From Amoebidium appalachense (taxonomy: Eukaryota > Protista > Ichthyosporea): DNA of 64,000 bases. Below, one piece after another: positions 1 to 25,937 of this stretch (the first letter of the stretch is position 1; each line of letters begins with the position of its first letter). The DNA lies in assembly GCA_963693365.1 (NCBI GenBank), contig CAVNZM010000002.1, positions 3,364,259-3,428,258 on the forward strand. The letters are read 5' to 3'. The translations under genes and the position numbers were made by a program. The notes under the pieces were generated by a model, which saw only the letters and a program-made list of their open reading frames with translations, did no database searches and was not told the DNA's origin.

Positions 1-224
1 GGGCTACTGTTGGTGGTGAATCATGGGTGTGATGAAAAGGGTGGTCCATGGTGGTTGGTGTAAGGATGAAAAGGGTGGTCCATGGTGGTTGGTGTAAGGA
101 CATGTGGTGGTATCGAGGTGAATGTTTGCCAAATAACATGAGCAGGGCTTGTTACCAGGTTTACCACTCTCCCCCCTTTGCTCTCTCATTCACTCTTTCC
201 CTCCCTCCCTCCCTCCCTCCCTCC

Positions 225-468
<244 letters not shown>

Positions 469-558
469 CCCCCCCCCCCCCTCCCTCCCTCCCTCCCCCC
501 CCTCCCCCTCTCCTCCTCTCTTACGAACAATTTCGCTCTCTCAGAGCGCACATGTGCA

Positions 559-632
<74 letters not shown>

Positions 633-636
633 ACAG

Positions 637-4351
<3,715 letters not shown>

Positions 4352-5328
4352 CTATTCGGAATATTTGTCCCAACGGTCCCTTGGCCAGCGATACGCCGAC
4401 AGCAAATCGCGCAATTCGGTCGGCTCCGATCCGAAATATACCGTGGAAACTGAGCGTAGACCATACCATTGATTTATTGCTATCGGTGGTATTTTTCATG
4501 TTTTTTTGTTTTAAGGATTGTCTTCGTCTTTTTCCCCCTCTTTCTCTCTTTGCAATTGTACACGATTAGTGTATCACGCTGCGGCTTTTGTATGTTAAGT
4601 TGCTAGAGCAAGCCACATACACACACCCACACAAACATTTACATTAGACACATGCAATCCATACAAACCATATGTACACGACTATTAATGCAAATTGTGT
4701 GTCGTACCTTTGACCCATTCTATACCTAGACGAACGCTGGTTTCACGTAGCATAGCAGAGATATGTCTGTACGAAGGATTGGTGATGATAATACCTTAGA
4801 AAACTGTTTTTCTTCATGCCTATTCGTGCGTATTCATGACCGCGTCGGAATGTTGTTATTTGAATAGAGATGTAGGCTGACATCAAATTATATTTAGAAG
4901 CTAAAGCACATGTTTTTGTTGAATTTAATCATTGCGGGAGGGCGGCCGCAGCTTGCTAGAATAGTAATGCACATTTGATGATGGTAGTTGAAATCTCTGA
5001 AATTCAAGATTGTTCTTGTTGGTGACCACATGATGTATATGCACGAAACTTAAGAAAGATGGGCTGGCAGAAAGATGATGTTGGCAGAAAATGTATAGGC
5101 GCTTTCTAAAGACATAACCGAAGTGATGATAAATATGTAAATGATGTTGAACTTGATAGCACGGCGCTGACGGCTCAAAGATAAAACGTGATATTAAAAT
5201 ATTAAATTTGATAGATCGTTGATCAAAGCTTGATTGTTTCGTATGTACACTCTCTGGCTTTGCAAAGTGTTCGTAAACAAACCATTGGGCACAATCCAAA
5301 TTTGTATGTGATGTGCTTGTTCACGTTA

Positions 5329-5383
<55 letters not shown>

Positions 5384-5795
5384 CTTTGTGTGTATTTCTG
5401 TGTGTGCGTCCGTGCAACATGATTTGCACATGACATAATCAAACCATCACAATTCGTTTTCTTTTCTTTCTTTCTTTCTCTTTTTTTTCTTTTTTTTTTT
5501 TTTTTTTCCTACACATGTCCACAGGCACTGCGTTGCACGTTGTGGCACCCAACACATGCATCTATCTATATGTGGAATACACGTGTTGCACAGTGACTCA
5601 CACAGGAACAATCTGGATTAACATGGTACATCCGTCTAAGTGCTTCCCTCTGCGGCCCACGTTTTTGGAGGCCCTGAGTAGGGATACAACGATTTAATGC
5701 GAGGGTGGGAGAGCGTGGTGGTCTTCGAATAAAAACTTACGGAGGCCCCCAGGGAGGAGGCCGGGGGGGGTGTACAGGAGGCCTTGGGAGGGGAG

Positions 5796-5832
<37 letters not shown>

Positions 5833-5933
5833 AGGCCAGAGGGGAGAGAGGGGGGGCGGAGGGGTTGTTATGTGTTAGTGAGGGGTTCTTCACTAGTTTG
5901 GAGAAAAGTACGGGGATAGCCGGAAGACCGTCG

Positions 5934-5965
<32 letters not shown>

Positions 5966-6130
5966 GGACTGGGAAGGAGAAGAAATAGTGGGTGGGAATG
6001 TGAATATATATGGTCATATGCCAGATATAGAGCGATATCCGATTTTTAGCTAATAAGGACTCATTTGACAAGTGTCCTAATTTGTCAATGCGAATTATAT
6101 ATCAGTCACACACACACACTCTCTCTTTCA

Positions 6131-6281
<151 letters not shown>

Positions 6282-7217
6282 ACTCACACACGCGCGCGCG
6301 CAAGCGCACACACACACACACACGCACACACTCTCTCTCTCTCTCTCTTTCTCTCTCTCCGAGTCTCTCTCTCTCCCTCTCCCTCCCCTTCTCCCTCTCT
6401 CTCTCTCTCTCCCCCCTCCCTCTCAATCTCCCTCAGTTTCCCTCTCCCTCTCCCTCTCCCTCTCGGAGAGTCCCTCTCCCTCTCCCTCTCTCTCTCCCTC
6501 TCCCTCTCCCTCTCCCTCCCTCCACCCCTCCCTCCCTCTCCCTCCCTCTCCCTCCCTCCCTCCCTCCCTCCTTCCCTTCCCTCCCTCCCTCTCCCTCCCT
6601 CTCCCTCCCCTCCCTCCCTCCCTCCTTCCCTTCCCTCCCTCCCTCTCCCTCCCGCTCCCTCCCTCCCTCCCTCCCTCCCTCCCTCCCTCCCTCCCTCCTT
6701 CCCTTCCTCCCTCCCTCTCCCTCCCTCCCTCCCTCCCGCTCCCTCCCTCCTTCCCTTCCTCCCTCCCTCTCCCTCCCTCTCCCTCTCCCTCCCTCCCCTC
6801 TCTCTCTCTCTCTGTCTCTCCCTCTCTCTGTCAGATTCCATTCACTGCCTTGCGTGTGCACGCGCCACTGGGACCCGGTCTCCTTGGCAATATTTAAACA
6901 AATTACAACCGAATCTCAGACCATTGCAGTATTAGTTCACTACTGATTCAACCATAGTTTTGCCAACTCACTCAGATGGTCTTATTATTATGTTAATACT
7001 ATTCAATGGTGGGAAGTTCAACGTCACTGTATGCACCTGCTTAGCCACGATTCTGATGCCTAGTAGATACCATCCTGCCTGAGTAAATAGGCAGATCTAG
7101 AGATCTCGAGCCAAGTTGAACACGGTAGTCTCCGTGAGGTGAAATGGGGTTAAAATTTCAAAACAAAACAGAACAAAAAAAGCCTACTACATAGACTGCT
7201 GACACAAATAATGCATT

Positions 7218-7368
<151 letters not shown>

Positions 7369-7571
7369 AGCCGTTTTTATAATCTAGTTGCCTGCATGAC
7401 GCCCAATATTTAAAACACAGTGGCTGCTTAGATTTCTGTAACAATTCAAATGGCAAGGGACGTCCCTTACCATTTGAATTGTTACAGACTTCTACATTGT
7501 CATCAGAGTCTCAGACTCCAAGAAGGATATTGACCTCGGATTTTTTTTTTTTTTTTTTTTTTTTTTTGGGT

Positions 7572-7602
<31 letters not shown>

Positions 7603-7863
7603 TGGGGGGGAGGGGGGGGGGGGGGGGGGTTTGGCTGGGTGTCACATTGGGGGAACCGGTTGCAGGGTTGGAGGACAAGTGGAACCATATAGGGGGGGGG
7701 GGGGGGAGGAGGGGAGGGAGGGAGGGGGGGGAGGGGGGAGGGGGGAGGTTTGAAAGATAGACATATACCATCTTGTGTGCACTTGTCTCTGAACACCCTT
7801 TCAAATTTAGAGACAAGTGCATAATAAAATTTTGATAATGATACATCAGCGTGTTTTGTTGCT

Positions 7864-7895
<32 letters not shown>

Positions 7896-7898
7896 GTG

Positions 7899-7929
<31 letters not shown>

Positions 7930-7941
7930 GCGCTGTACACA

Positions 7942-8015
<74 letters not shown>

Positions 8016-8190
8016 ATATGGCAGCCAACCTCTGCATCATTTCGAAGTTACGGTGTCTTTTATGAAATTATAGTTACATTTGTATAACACCATGCATCCT
8101 GCTCACATATCCGACGGGGCATGCCTGCATGTTCTTAGCGCAGTATATCTCCAACTATATCTCCATTACAATATATCTGCATTGTAATAT

Positions 8191-8237
<47 letters not shown>

Positions 8238-8980
8238 ATAAATAAATAAAAAAATTGAAATCCCCTAAATGGCTCATACATTCACCTTAACGGCTAAAAC
8301 AGTACAGTCAATAAAAAACGGTAAAAAAAAAAAAAAAGAAAAGAAAAAGTTAAACACTACCGCAACAGAAACCGCCATACAACATACACTTTAAAACAAA
8401 ACTGCTTAAAGGGAGGGAGAAAAGGAAAAAAAGCAGCAAGAGCTTGAAATAAAAAGAAAAATCGTTCGCGGGCCGCCGAGCGGTCACCCACACGTCCCGA
8501 TCTCGCGCATTCCGATGCGCCCCCGTCCAATCAAAAGACGATCTGACAATCTGACCTCCGAGATACTAAAATACAACGTCGTATATCTCTTGGCCCTTTC
8601 ATATGATCGATATACAAACTTTTCAGCTACTTTGCATGCCTTTTTCGCGATTTTTACTGAATATGGCATGTATACGATATTTATATTATATACTATCTAG
8701 ATTGTGTTATGGTAAAACATGTATACTGTGTACATGAAGTGTGCAGACTAATGTTAATGTAAGTATCTATTATAATGTATATGTGCATTTTAGAGATATA
8801 TAATAAAACGTATCATGTAAGAAAGAACATAGGATCTTGTGTATATCTGCACAACAACGCCTCAGAAATATACTCAATTGGTGTTTCATGAGTTACGGAG
8901 ACAACCTGGTCTAAAGTACCTTCTTTCGTATATCCAAACTAACTCGAATCCTTACCGGTGTTTATTATATTTTCCGGTAT

Positions 8981-19115
<10,135 letters not shown>

Positions 19116-22100
19116 GTCTGGTGGGGCTTTATGCACTGAAATTTACGGGACTGGAAATTCGTTAAAGAAAAAATGGTGGAGGTTCAAGAGAGAATTTTTG
19201 CCGTTGCACGCTGTTGGGAAGGGCACATGTTGGGTGTCAGAAATTACGGCTACAACCCCCTCCCCCCCCCCAAAAAAAAATAAATAAATAAATAAATAAA
19301 TAAATAAAATAAAAAAATAAAAAATTAAATAAAATAGATAAAAAAGTAATGATATATAAATAAATAAAACCCTTTCGAGCTATCTAAATGGGTTTCAGAT
19401 TAACGTTTCACCCTTTCCACTTCGGCCACAGAAGAAATACTTGGTGCAAACGTGCACATGAAAAATCACGGGAGAGATTGTATGAAACTTTGGTTGGATG
19501 TGAGAATCATGTCGAACATGACCCTAAACAAGAGGTTAGACAGGGATGTTTAAATCCCAGGTGTCTATATCTTATGTGAGTGTGTGGCAGTGGTGGTGGT
19601 GGTTGGCGAGGTAGGAATTAGGGGGGGGGGGGGGGGGTTTACAGGGTTAGGGGGAAGGACTGGAGGGGGAAAGGCTTGGGATGGGCCAATAAATTTTGCA
19701 GCAAAATACCAACATAGCACAACCGTTTACAGGGTTGCAATAAATAACCCTATTGCATCAAGTAGAGCAGCCCGAGATCAAGGGCTAGCGAGTGCAAGCT
19801 AGCTATCAGGTGAAGGGAGGGAAGGGTAGGGGAACAGTGTGGGCAGGGGGCCGGCCCGACGGCGGCGGGGGGGAGGGGGGGGGGGGGGGGGGGGGGAGGG
19901 GGGAGCACGGGGGGAGGGGAGGGAATCGCGCAAGTATTATGTTCGGCAAATTTTCACTGTATGCACGCATTTTAATAAACCTTTCGCCAAGTACACTGTA
20001 AAGTTAGATGTGTTGGCGTACGCACATAAGCATTTTTAGTCTAACGTGAAAGTACAAACGTACTGCCCTATCACTCCATGAATTCTACTTTATGATGGGG
20101 GTTTGTGTGTATATGTGTGTGTGTGTGTGTGTGCGCACGCGCGTGCGCGTGTGTATGCGTGCGTACGCTCGCCCGCCTGTGTGTGTGCGTGCGTGCGTGC
20201 ATGATATGATAGCGCATGTGTGCGCGGTCACAGGGTGCGTGTGGTTGTGTACTTGCCTGCATGTGCCTGTTTACGCCGTGTGTGTGCCTCACGGACTATT
20301 GGCTGAATGCGCAAGGGTGTGCGTGGTTGTGTACGTATACGTGTGTACGTTGTAGGTGCGTGTGTATGTGGGCTTGTCGGTGTGAAGTGTGTATGTGGTT
20401 GTGCGTGCCCTGCTGTGCCTGCGTGTGCCTGGATGGGCGTGGGCGTGCAAACAAGAGTCAGCGTGTGTGTGCACTTCTGAGCAAGTGTGCGCGTGTGCTT
20501 GTGCATATGTACGAAGGCGCCGTACTCGCCTGTAGATGCTTCTGTGCATGCGTCAAAGCCATGAAGACCGTGTTTTGAAGTTGAACAGCAACTCCTGAGC
20601 CACTCACCTCTTCAAAAACAATGAAATCCTCAGTCAAACTTCTGGACTCCTTGGAGCAGGGAGCTCACGACCAGTACTCTGAGTTCTGATAAGTCTATAC
20701 ACACTGCATATCTACAAACCTATTCACCTCTTTCTCTGTTTCACTTACTAAGTTAATGGATGTGGGCATATACACGACAACTGGCACTGGGTTACTGGCT
20801 CAGTCGCGATCGAACAACAAGGGTTTCGTGTAGTATGCAGTGCGGCATGCAAGGTGTGGTCTCACGCGTAGCTGAGTAGATGTTGACGTTTCGAGGACTG
20901 AAGTAAACAGTAGCATTAATAGCTGTATAAAGACAATAAGTGAGGTGATTAACTAATATTAAAAACAAAGCAAATGTTTCTAGAATCTAGTGAGTACTAC
21001 GGTACCGGCAGTGCGTATGCTTTGCACGGTTTATTTTATCCGATCACTGGCTGTGAGCTTGTAAGACTGAGCGGCTCCTGGCAGGGGCGGCTCACCATGG
21101 CATGTTACCTGCAGATATATCCTGTATTGCTGGGTTAAGAAAAAAGCTTTTTGTTTGATATCCGTGTTCTACAAACTGTCCGAACTGTTATGATGTGACT
21201 GGATGATGGCTGGGTCTGTACGTGTGCCACGGTGTGTGCGAGTGTGAGTGTGTGTGTGTTTGTGTGTGTACATATAGATAAAACATAAAGGTACCTTATT
21301 ACATGAGTACAGTAGGCAGCTTGTAATGCATTATAAGAAAAAAAAACTGACAGTGCATACCTCTCATTCGATCGGCCCCACACTCAACACTTCGTGGGAA
21401 TGTTTGAAGAGCTCTGAGATACACATTCATGAATTTACAGGGTAGATATCCTTTTGACCGGCAGTAACGAGCCCTGAGAGCGGCTGGGTGCACACTACAG
21501 TCACCGGCCGAGCTGTCGTCTTACAGAGAGAAAACGAAGCACTCGACCTACTACCGTTCAATATGCGGGGAGTGCGCTCGGTACATTACAGCCGTCCCTA
21601 ACCTTAACTCTATTATTCCCATGGCTATTGTTTTTCAACCGTCCCATCCTCCCACCCACCCGTCTGTTTCTGACGCGCTTTTGATCGGTGTTGATGTTGT
21701 CAATGAGCAGGTCACCCGTTCAGCTCATCACAATCACCTTAAGGGAATCTTCGGTGCATGCATCTCTCCTTTATATATGTGCCTCTCTCATGCTTGTGTA
21801 ATTTGTTCCCCGTAAGCTCCTTGAAATACAGCGCTGAGGGAGGTTTGTTCTCACATCGAAGCAGCAGCACCCATGGCCCACATGTGCACGGTAGGGAGTT
21901 TGGGCACCAACCTTTCCACTCAGTTACATGCATTTACGTAACTAATGTAGCTGGACTAGGACCATTCGACTGCGTGTGCCAAGTTCTGAGGGTCGTTTGA
22001 AGCAATTTTTTTTCCTAATATGCTACCGTAACCCATCAGTTACCGTGTCACGGCATCGTCGACGTGTCTGTTTCGGGCCTGGGATCGGTGACTGTTTGGT

Positions 22101-22188
22101 CAATATATTTTGTAACACACACGTGCACTGTGTGTACGCCACCTGAATGACTGCTGCTACGAGCACATGATATTAGCGAGGGGAGCTG

Positions 22189-22239
<51 letters not shown>

Positions 22240-22810
22240 CTTGGTTTGTGAGTTTTTTTTGGATAGATGAAGGTAGGTTTTATGCTTGCTTGTGCAGAAG
22301 ACGGCATAGTCACGGCCCTCATTCACGGGCCTCAAAACGGCCCACAGTGAAAGACCTTCACCTTCCATTTGCCCCCTTGTGTACAGCCAATCGAATGGTT
22401 GTTTGTTAACCCAAAAAAAGCTAATACTTTATTGCTTCAATGAGCATGCACGTTTGCTATCTAAATGGAGCTATCAGTTTTGGCGCCAAAACTTTCAAAT
22501 TTCTGGAGATTGGCTTCACTCTTGGCGCACACCCCGGTCTCGGGAGACAAACATACGTATACACCTGACAGAGCAATTACGCGACAACCATCTTTATGAA
22601 TGCGTAATAATAGAAGCCTCTCGGAAGCTCTAAAGAAAAAAACTCAGTTTCTCATACTCCAGAAAGCTTCTAATTCCGTCAATCATCGTGGATGTTGGTG
22701 CTTCCACATGCAGGGGACAAAAAGAGACACAATCCGGACTCCGAGGCATAGAGGGCCTTACAGACCCATCTAAACTCTTTCCGTGCACACCTACCATAGC
22801 ACAAATCACC

Positions 22811-23332
22811 ATGCCCCCTTTACTGAACATTCTCGGGCTTCTTATTCCTCTTGCTTCGTTTGCACACTGCCGAGGCATAATGATGAATTCAGAACAAGAC
22901 CCGCTTTCCATCTGCATCACACAATGCAACCAGCAACTCTCAACAAGAAGACCGAGCAAGCTCACAGATGCACTCATCTTCGCGTGCATTCAGGACTGCA
23001 AGGCACCATTATATCTCACTAGCTCACAGAAAGACTACAACGAGCAAGAAAACGACGAAGAAGAGGAGCAGAATGGGACTGATGCGAACATGTGGTTGCT
23101 TTTGGAAGAAACTAACGGAGAAAATGGGGACGATGAACCGCAACCACCGCAAGAAAATGCCGTGCTAAAAGGAAATGCAGACGAGGAGGTTAACTTTGCG
23201 GGTATAACGAGAACTACAAACTGTAATGACGTGTGTAGTCCGCCTGTTGTAAGACCGACAGAAACGAGATCGTGTCACGAAACATGCGAGTTGGTAAAGA
23301 GCTGGGATTCTGCTGGTTTGGGGCAATATTAA
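22811..23332 (+). CDS. Intronless predicted secreted protein (~173 aa) with two paired CxxxC motifs flanking an acidic linker
   Basis: ACC-ATG start context. MPPLLNILGLLIPLASFAHC resembles a signal peptide. CITQC...CIQDC, then an E/D/N-rich spacer, then CNDVC...CHETC. No microsatellites inside the ORF. Confidence 0.7.
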   Translation: MPPLLNILGLLIPLASFAHCRGIMMNSEQDPLSICITQCNQQLSTRRPSKLTDALIFACIQDCKAPLYLTSSQKDYNEQENDEEEEQNGTDANMWLLLEETNGENGDDEPQPPQENAVLKGNADEEVNFAGITRTTNCNDVCSPPVVRPTETRSCHETCELVKSWDSAGLGQY

Positions 23333-24031
23333 TAGCAAGCATATGCATCTCTCTAGACGGTCAGAACAGCAGGTCAGAACTCGAATTCGAGGTCTCACAT
23401 AATCAGCGAAACGGAGTTGAAAGCTAGCTCGGAGCTAGTGATGTGTAAGTAAATCCAAGAATGACTATAAACTTGCTTATCATTTGTATAGATGCAGCGG
23501 CAGCGTCGGCCTGGCATGATTTCTCTATTTTGTGTAACGTTTGGGTATGTATAGGCTTGTTGTTCTCTTATCATCTGCAAAGCTTGTTCAGCCGTTTATC
23601 AGTTTATCATGATCATATTGTATATATGTACATACATAAATGGCATCTGCAGACATGCATCGATATTCATTATGGCTCGTATACAAACACAGTTAACCTA
23701 GCTGCTAGTAAACGGAAAGGACCCCAAGTTACCAAGGGCTTTTTTGGGGGGCCCCGGGGGGAAATTCGAAGTAACGAGATTTCCAGCCAATATTCTGAGC
23801 GAGCGCTACCACGGACTTCCCGGGGAAAGAAGGATCACGGGAGAATAATAATTAAAAAACACTCAAGAGAAGACCGTAAGTTAGCCAATTGAAATTAAGT
23901 GTGTGCACGTACACACGCTCGAGGGCACGAACGACTTGTACCCATGTGACACTGTACGTGAGCTGTGTTTGTGTGTGTATGTGTGGGGGGGATGTATGTG
24001 TGATTTCACTCGCGAGAACGTTTGTGCTTGT

Positions 24032-24227
24032 ATATGTAAGGGACAGGGGGGGGGGGGGGGGGGGGGGAGGGGGGGGTTGGTAGGGTATGACGAACCCCCC
24101 GGTGCATGTGCGTGCACATACGTACACGTGTACGTATGTGCACACACATGCACCGGGGGGTTCGTCATACCCTACCCAACCCCCCCCCCCTCCCCCCCCC
24201 CCCCCCCCCCCCCTGTCCCTTACATAT
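24032..24227. repeat. ~196-bp near-perfect palindrome (foldback/MITE-like)
   Basis: atatgtaagggaca-G(n)-ttggtagggtatgacgaaccccccggtgcatgtg... is mirrored by ...cacatgcaccggggggttcgtcataccctacccaa-C(n)-tgtcccttacatat, centred on CACGTG at 24125-24130. Confidence 0.9.
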
Positions 24228-24993
24228 GATTCTTGTACACACATACCGCTGTGACAAGTCCATCATGCACCATGGCCAATTAGATAGTTGGCATTTACAC
24301 ACCTTCTTGCCCACTGTATACAACGTGCATGCACACATGCGCACACACGTACGAACGCACACTCACACGTGCCCAGACCAACACAACACCACTTCACACA
24401 CATCCACCCACCCACAGTATTATTTGTAGACAAACCATGTGCATAGCTTAAAAGTTTGCACAAGCGAACACGGAATAGTCATTTTTTTGGAAGTTTTATC
24501 CAAGAATTCACTGCACCTCTGGGCAGTGTGCACGACCCAAAAACAGTGATGGAAGCCTGTGTGACATGAGTATATCTAAAGCCAATTATATCTCGGTTTG
24601 TATTTATGTTTAGATATACGCGTGCAGAGAGATCGTCTAGACGCGTGTCATAAGGACTCGAAACTAAATCCTCTATGTATGTGCAAAGTCACAAACACCT
24701 TTAACTATATTACCACACCCGAACTCAACACACCTTGATAGCATATATGAAAAAAAGGAAGCAAGAACACTTGCGCACATACTGCAAGTCTAGTTAACAT
24801 TTCAATAACATTATTCACCTTGGAACGCCTCAACAATCAACGAACCACAAACAAACAAACAAAAACACAAACCAACAAACACACAACCATTACAAAATTC
24901 CATAGGAACGGGGTTTTACTTCGCCGCAGTACACATCAGATAGCCAGTCATTTTTACGTATCACCACAGCAAATTTCGGCATTAGGGGGGCTT

Positions 24994-25901
24994 TTACTTG
25001 TCGCCACGGCGGCTCAGCTCCTCCTGGATCTTGCTGTTGAGCATAGAACAGGCCTTCTCACACTGGCTCACTGTGCCGGTGAGGATCACCTGCCGCTCAA
25101 GTGCACCCGGGATGGGGTCTGTCACCTTGATCTTGCAGCCGGACGTGTTTCTGAATAGCCGTGGAAAGTTGGTAGGTGGGTTAGAGAGGGTAAAGCGGGA
25201 AGAGGGGCGGGAGGGGGGGGGGGGGGGGGGGGGGGGGGGTTGTCAAGCAAAAACGTCGGTCGGTGCAAAAAGAAACGGGAAATCTAACAAGCCACTCTCA
25301 AAAAATATAGCCACACACCACCCTAGGTGTGTCCACGTTTCACATACATGTTCCTGAAGTTGCTCGTGATAGCACACCAACACAACCAACGGCAGCAGGA
25401 ACAAAAAAATAAATACACAAACAAACAATCACACACCCACACGGAAACATTTACACATCAGAATTCACACTTCTTCCCCTCCAACTCCCTCTCCCCCCCC
25501 CACACGAATTCTCCAAACGTGCACAAACACACCAAAACTCACCTGATCTCGTTGATCTTGACACCGCCCTTGCCGATGATAGCACCCACATAGTCCTTGG
25601 GTATGTTCACAATCTGCACCGTCTCACCGGGCCCGGGGGTCTGCCCGGCAACGGCCAAGGCTGCACCTACGGGCATAGAACCGGTGGAGGAGGTGGCGGG
25701 CACGGTGGCTGCAAGGGACGCCGTGGCTTGCGCCTAAAAAGGAAATGGAATGAATATGAATGAGTGGGTGGGTGGCTTGTGTGTTGAGAGAGAGGGGGGT
25801 GGGTAGGTGTGTGGGGTGGGGTCGGGGGTTGGGAGAGGGGGGGAGAGGGGCGGGGGGAGGGAGGGAGGGAGAGAGAGGGAGGGAGGGAGGGAGGGAGGGA
25901 G

Positions 25902-25937
<36 letters not shown>

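Noticed and set aside
4925-5299. 124-aa minus-strand ORF
   Set aside because: No recognisable motif or splice partners, and a non-ATG start; probably intergenic or UTR.
21596-21612. CCCTAACCTTAACTCTA as a telomerase template or telomere
   Set aside because: Only 2-3 degenerate units, with no supporting structure identified.
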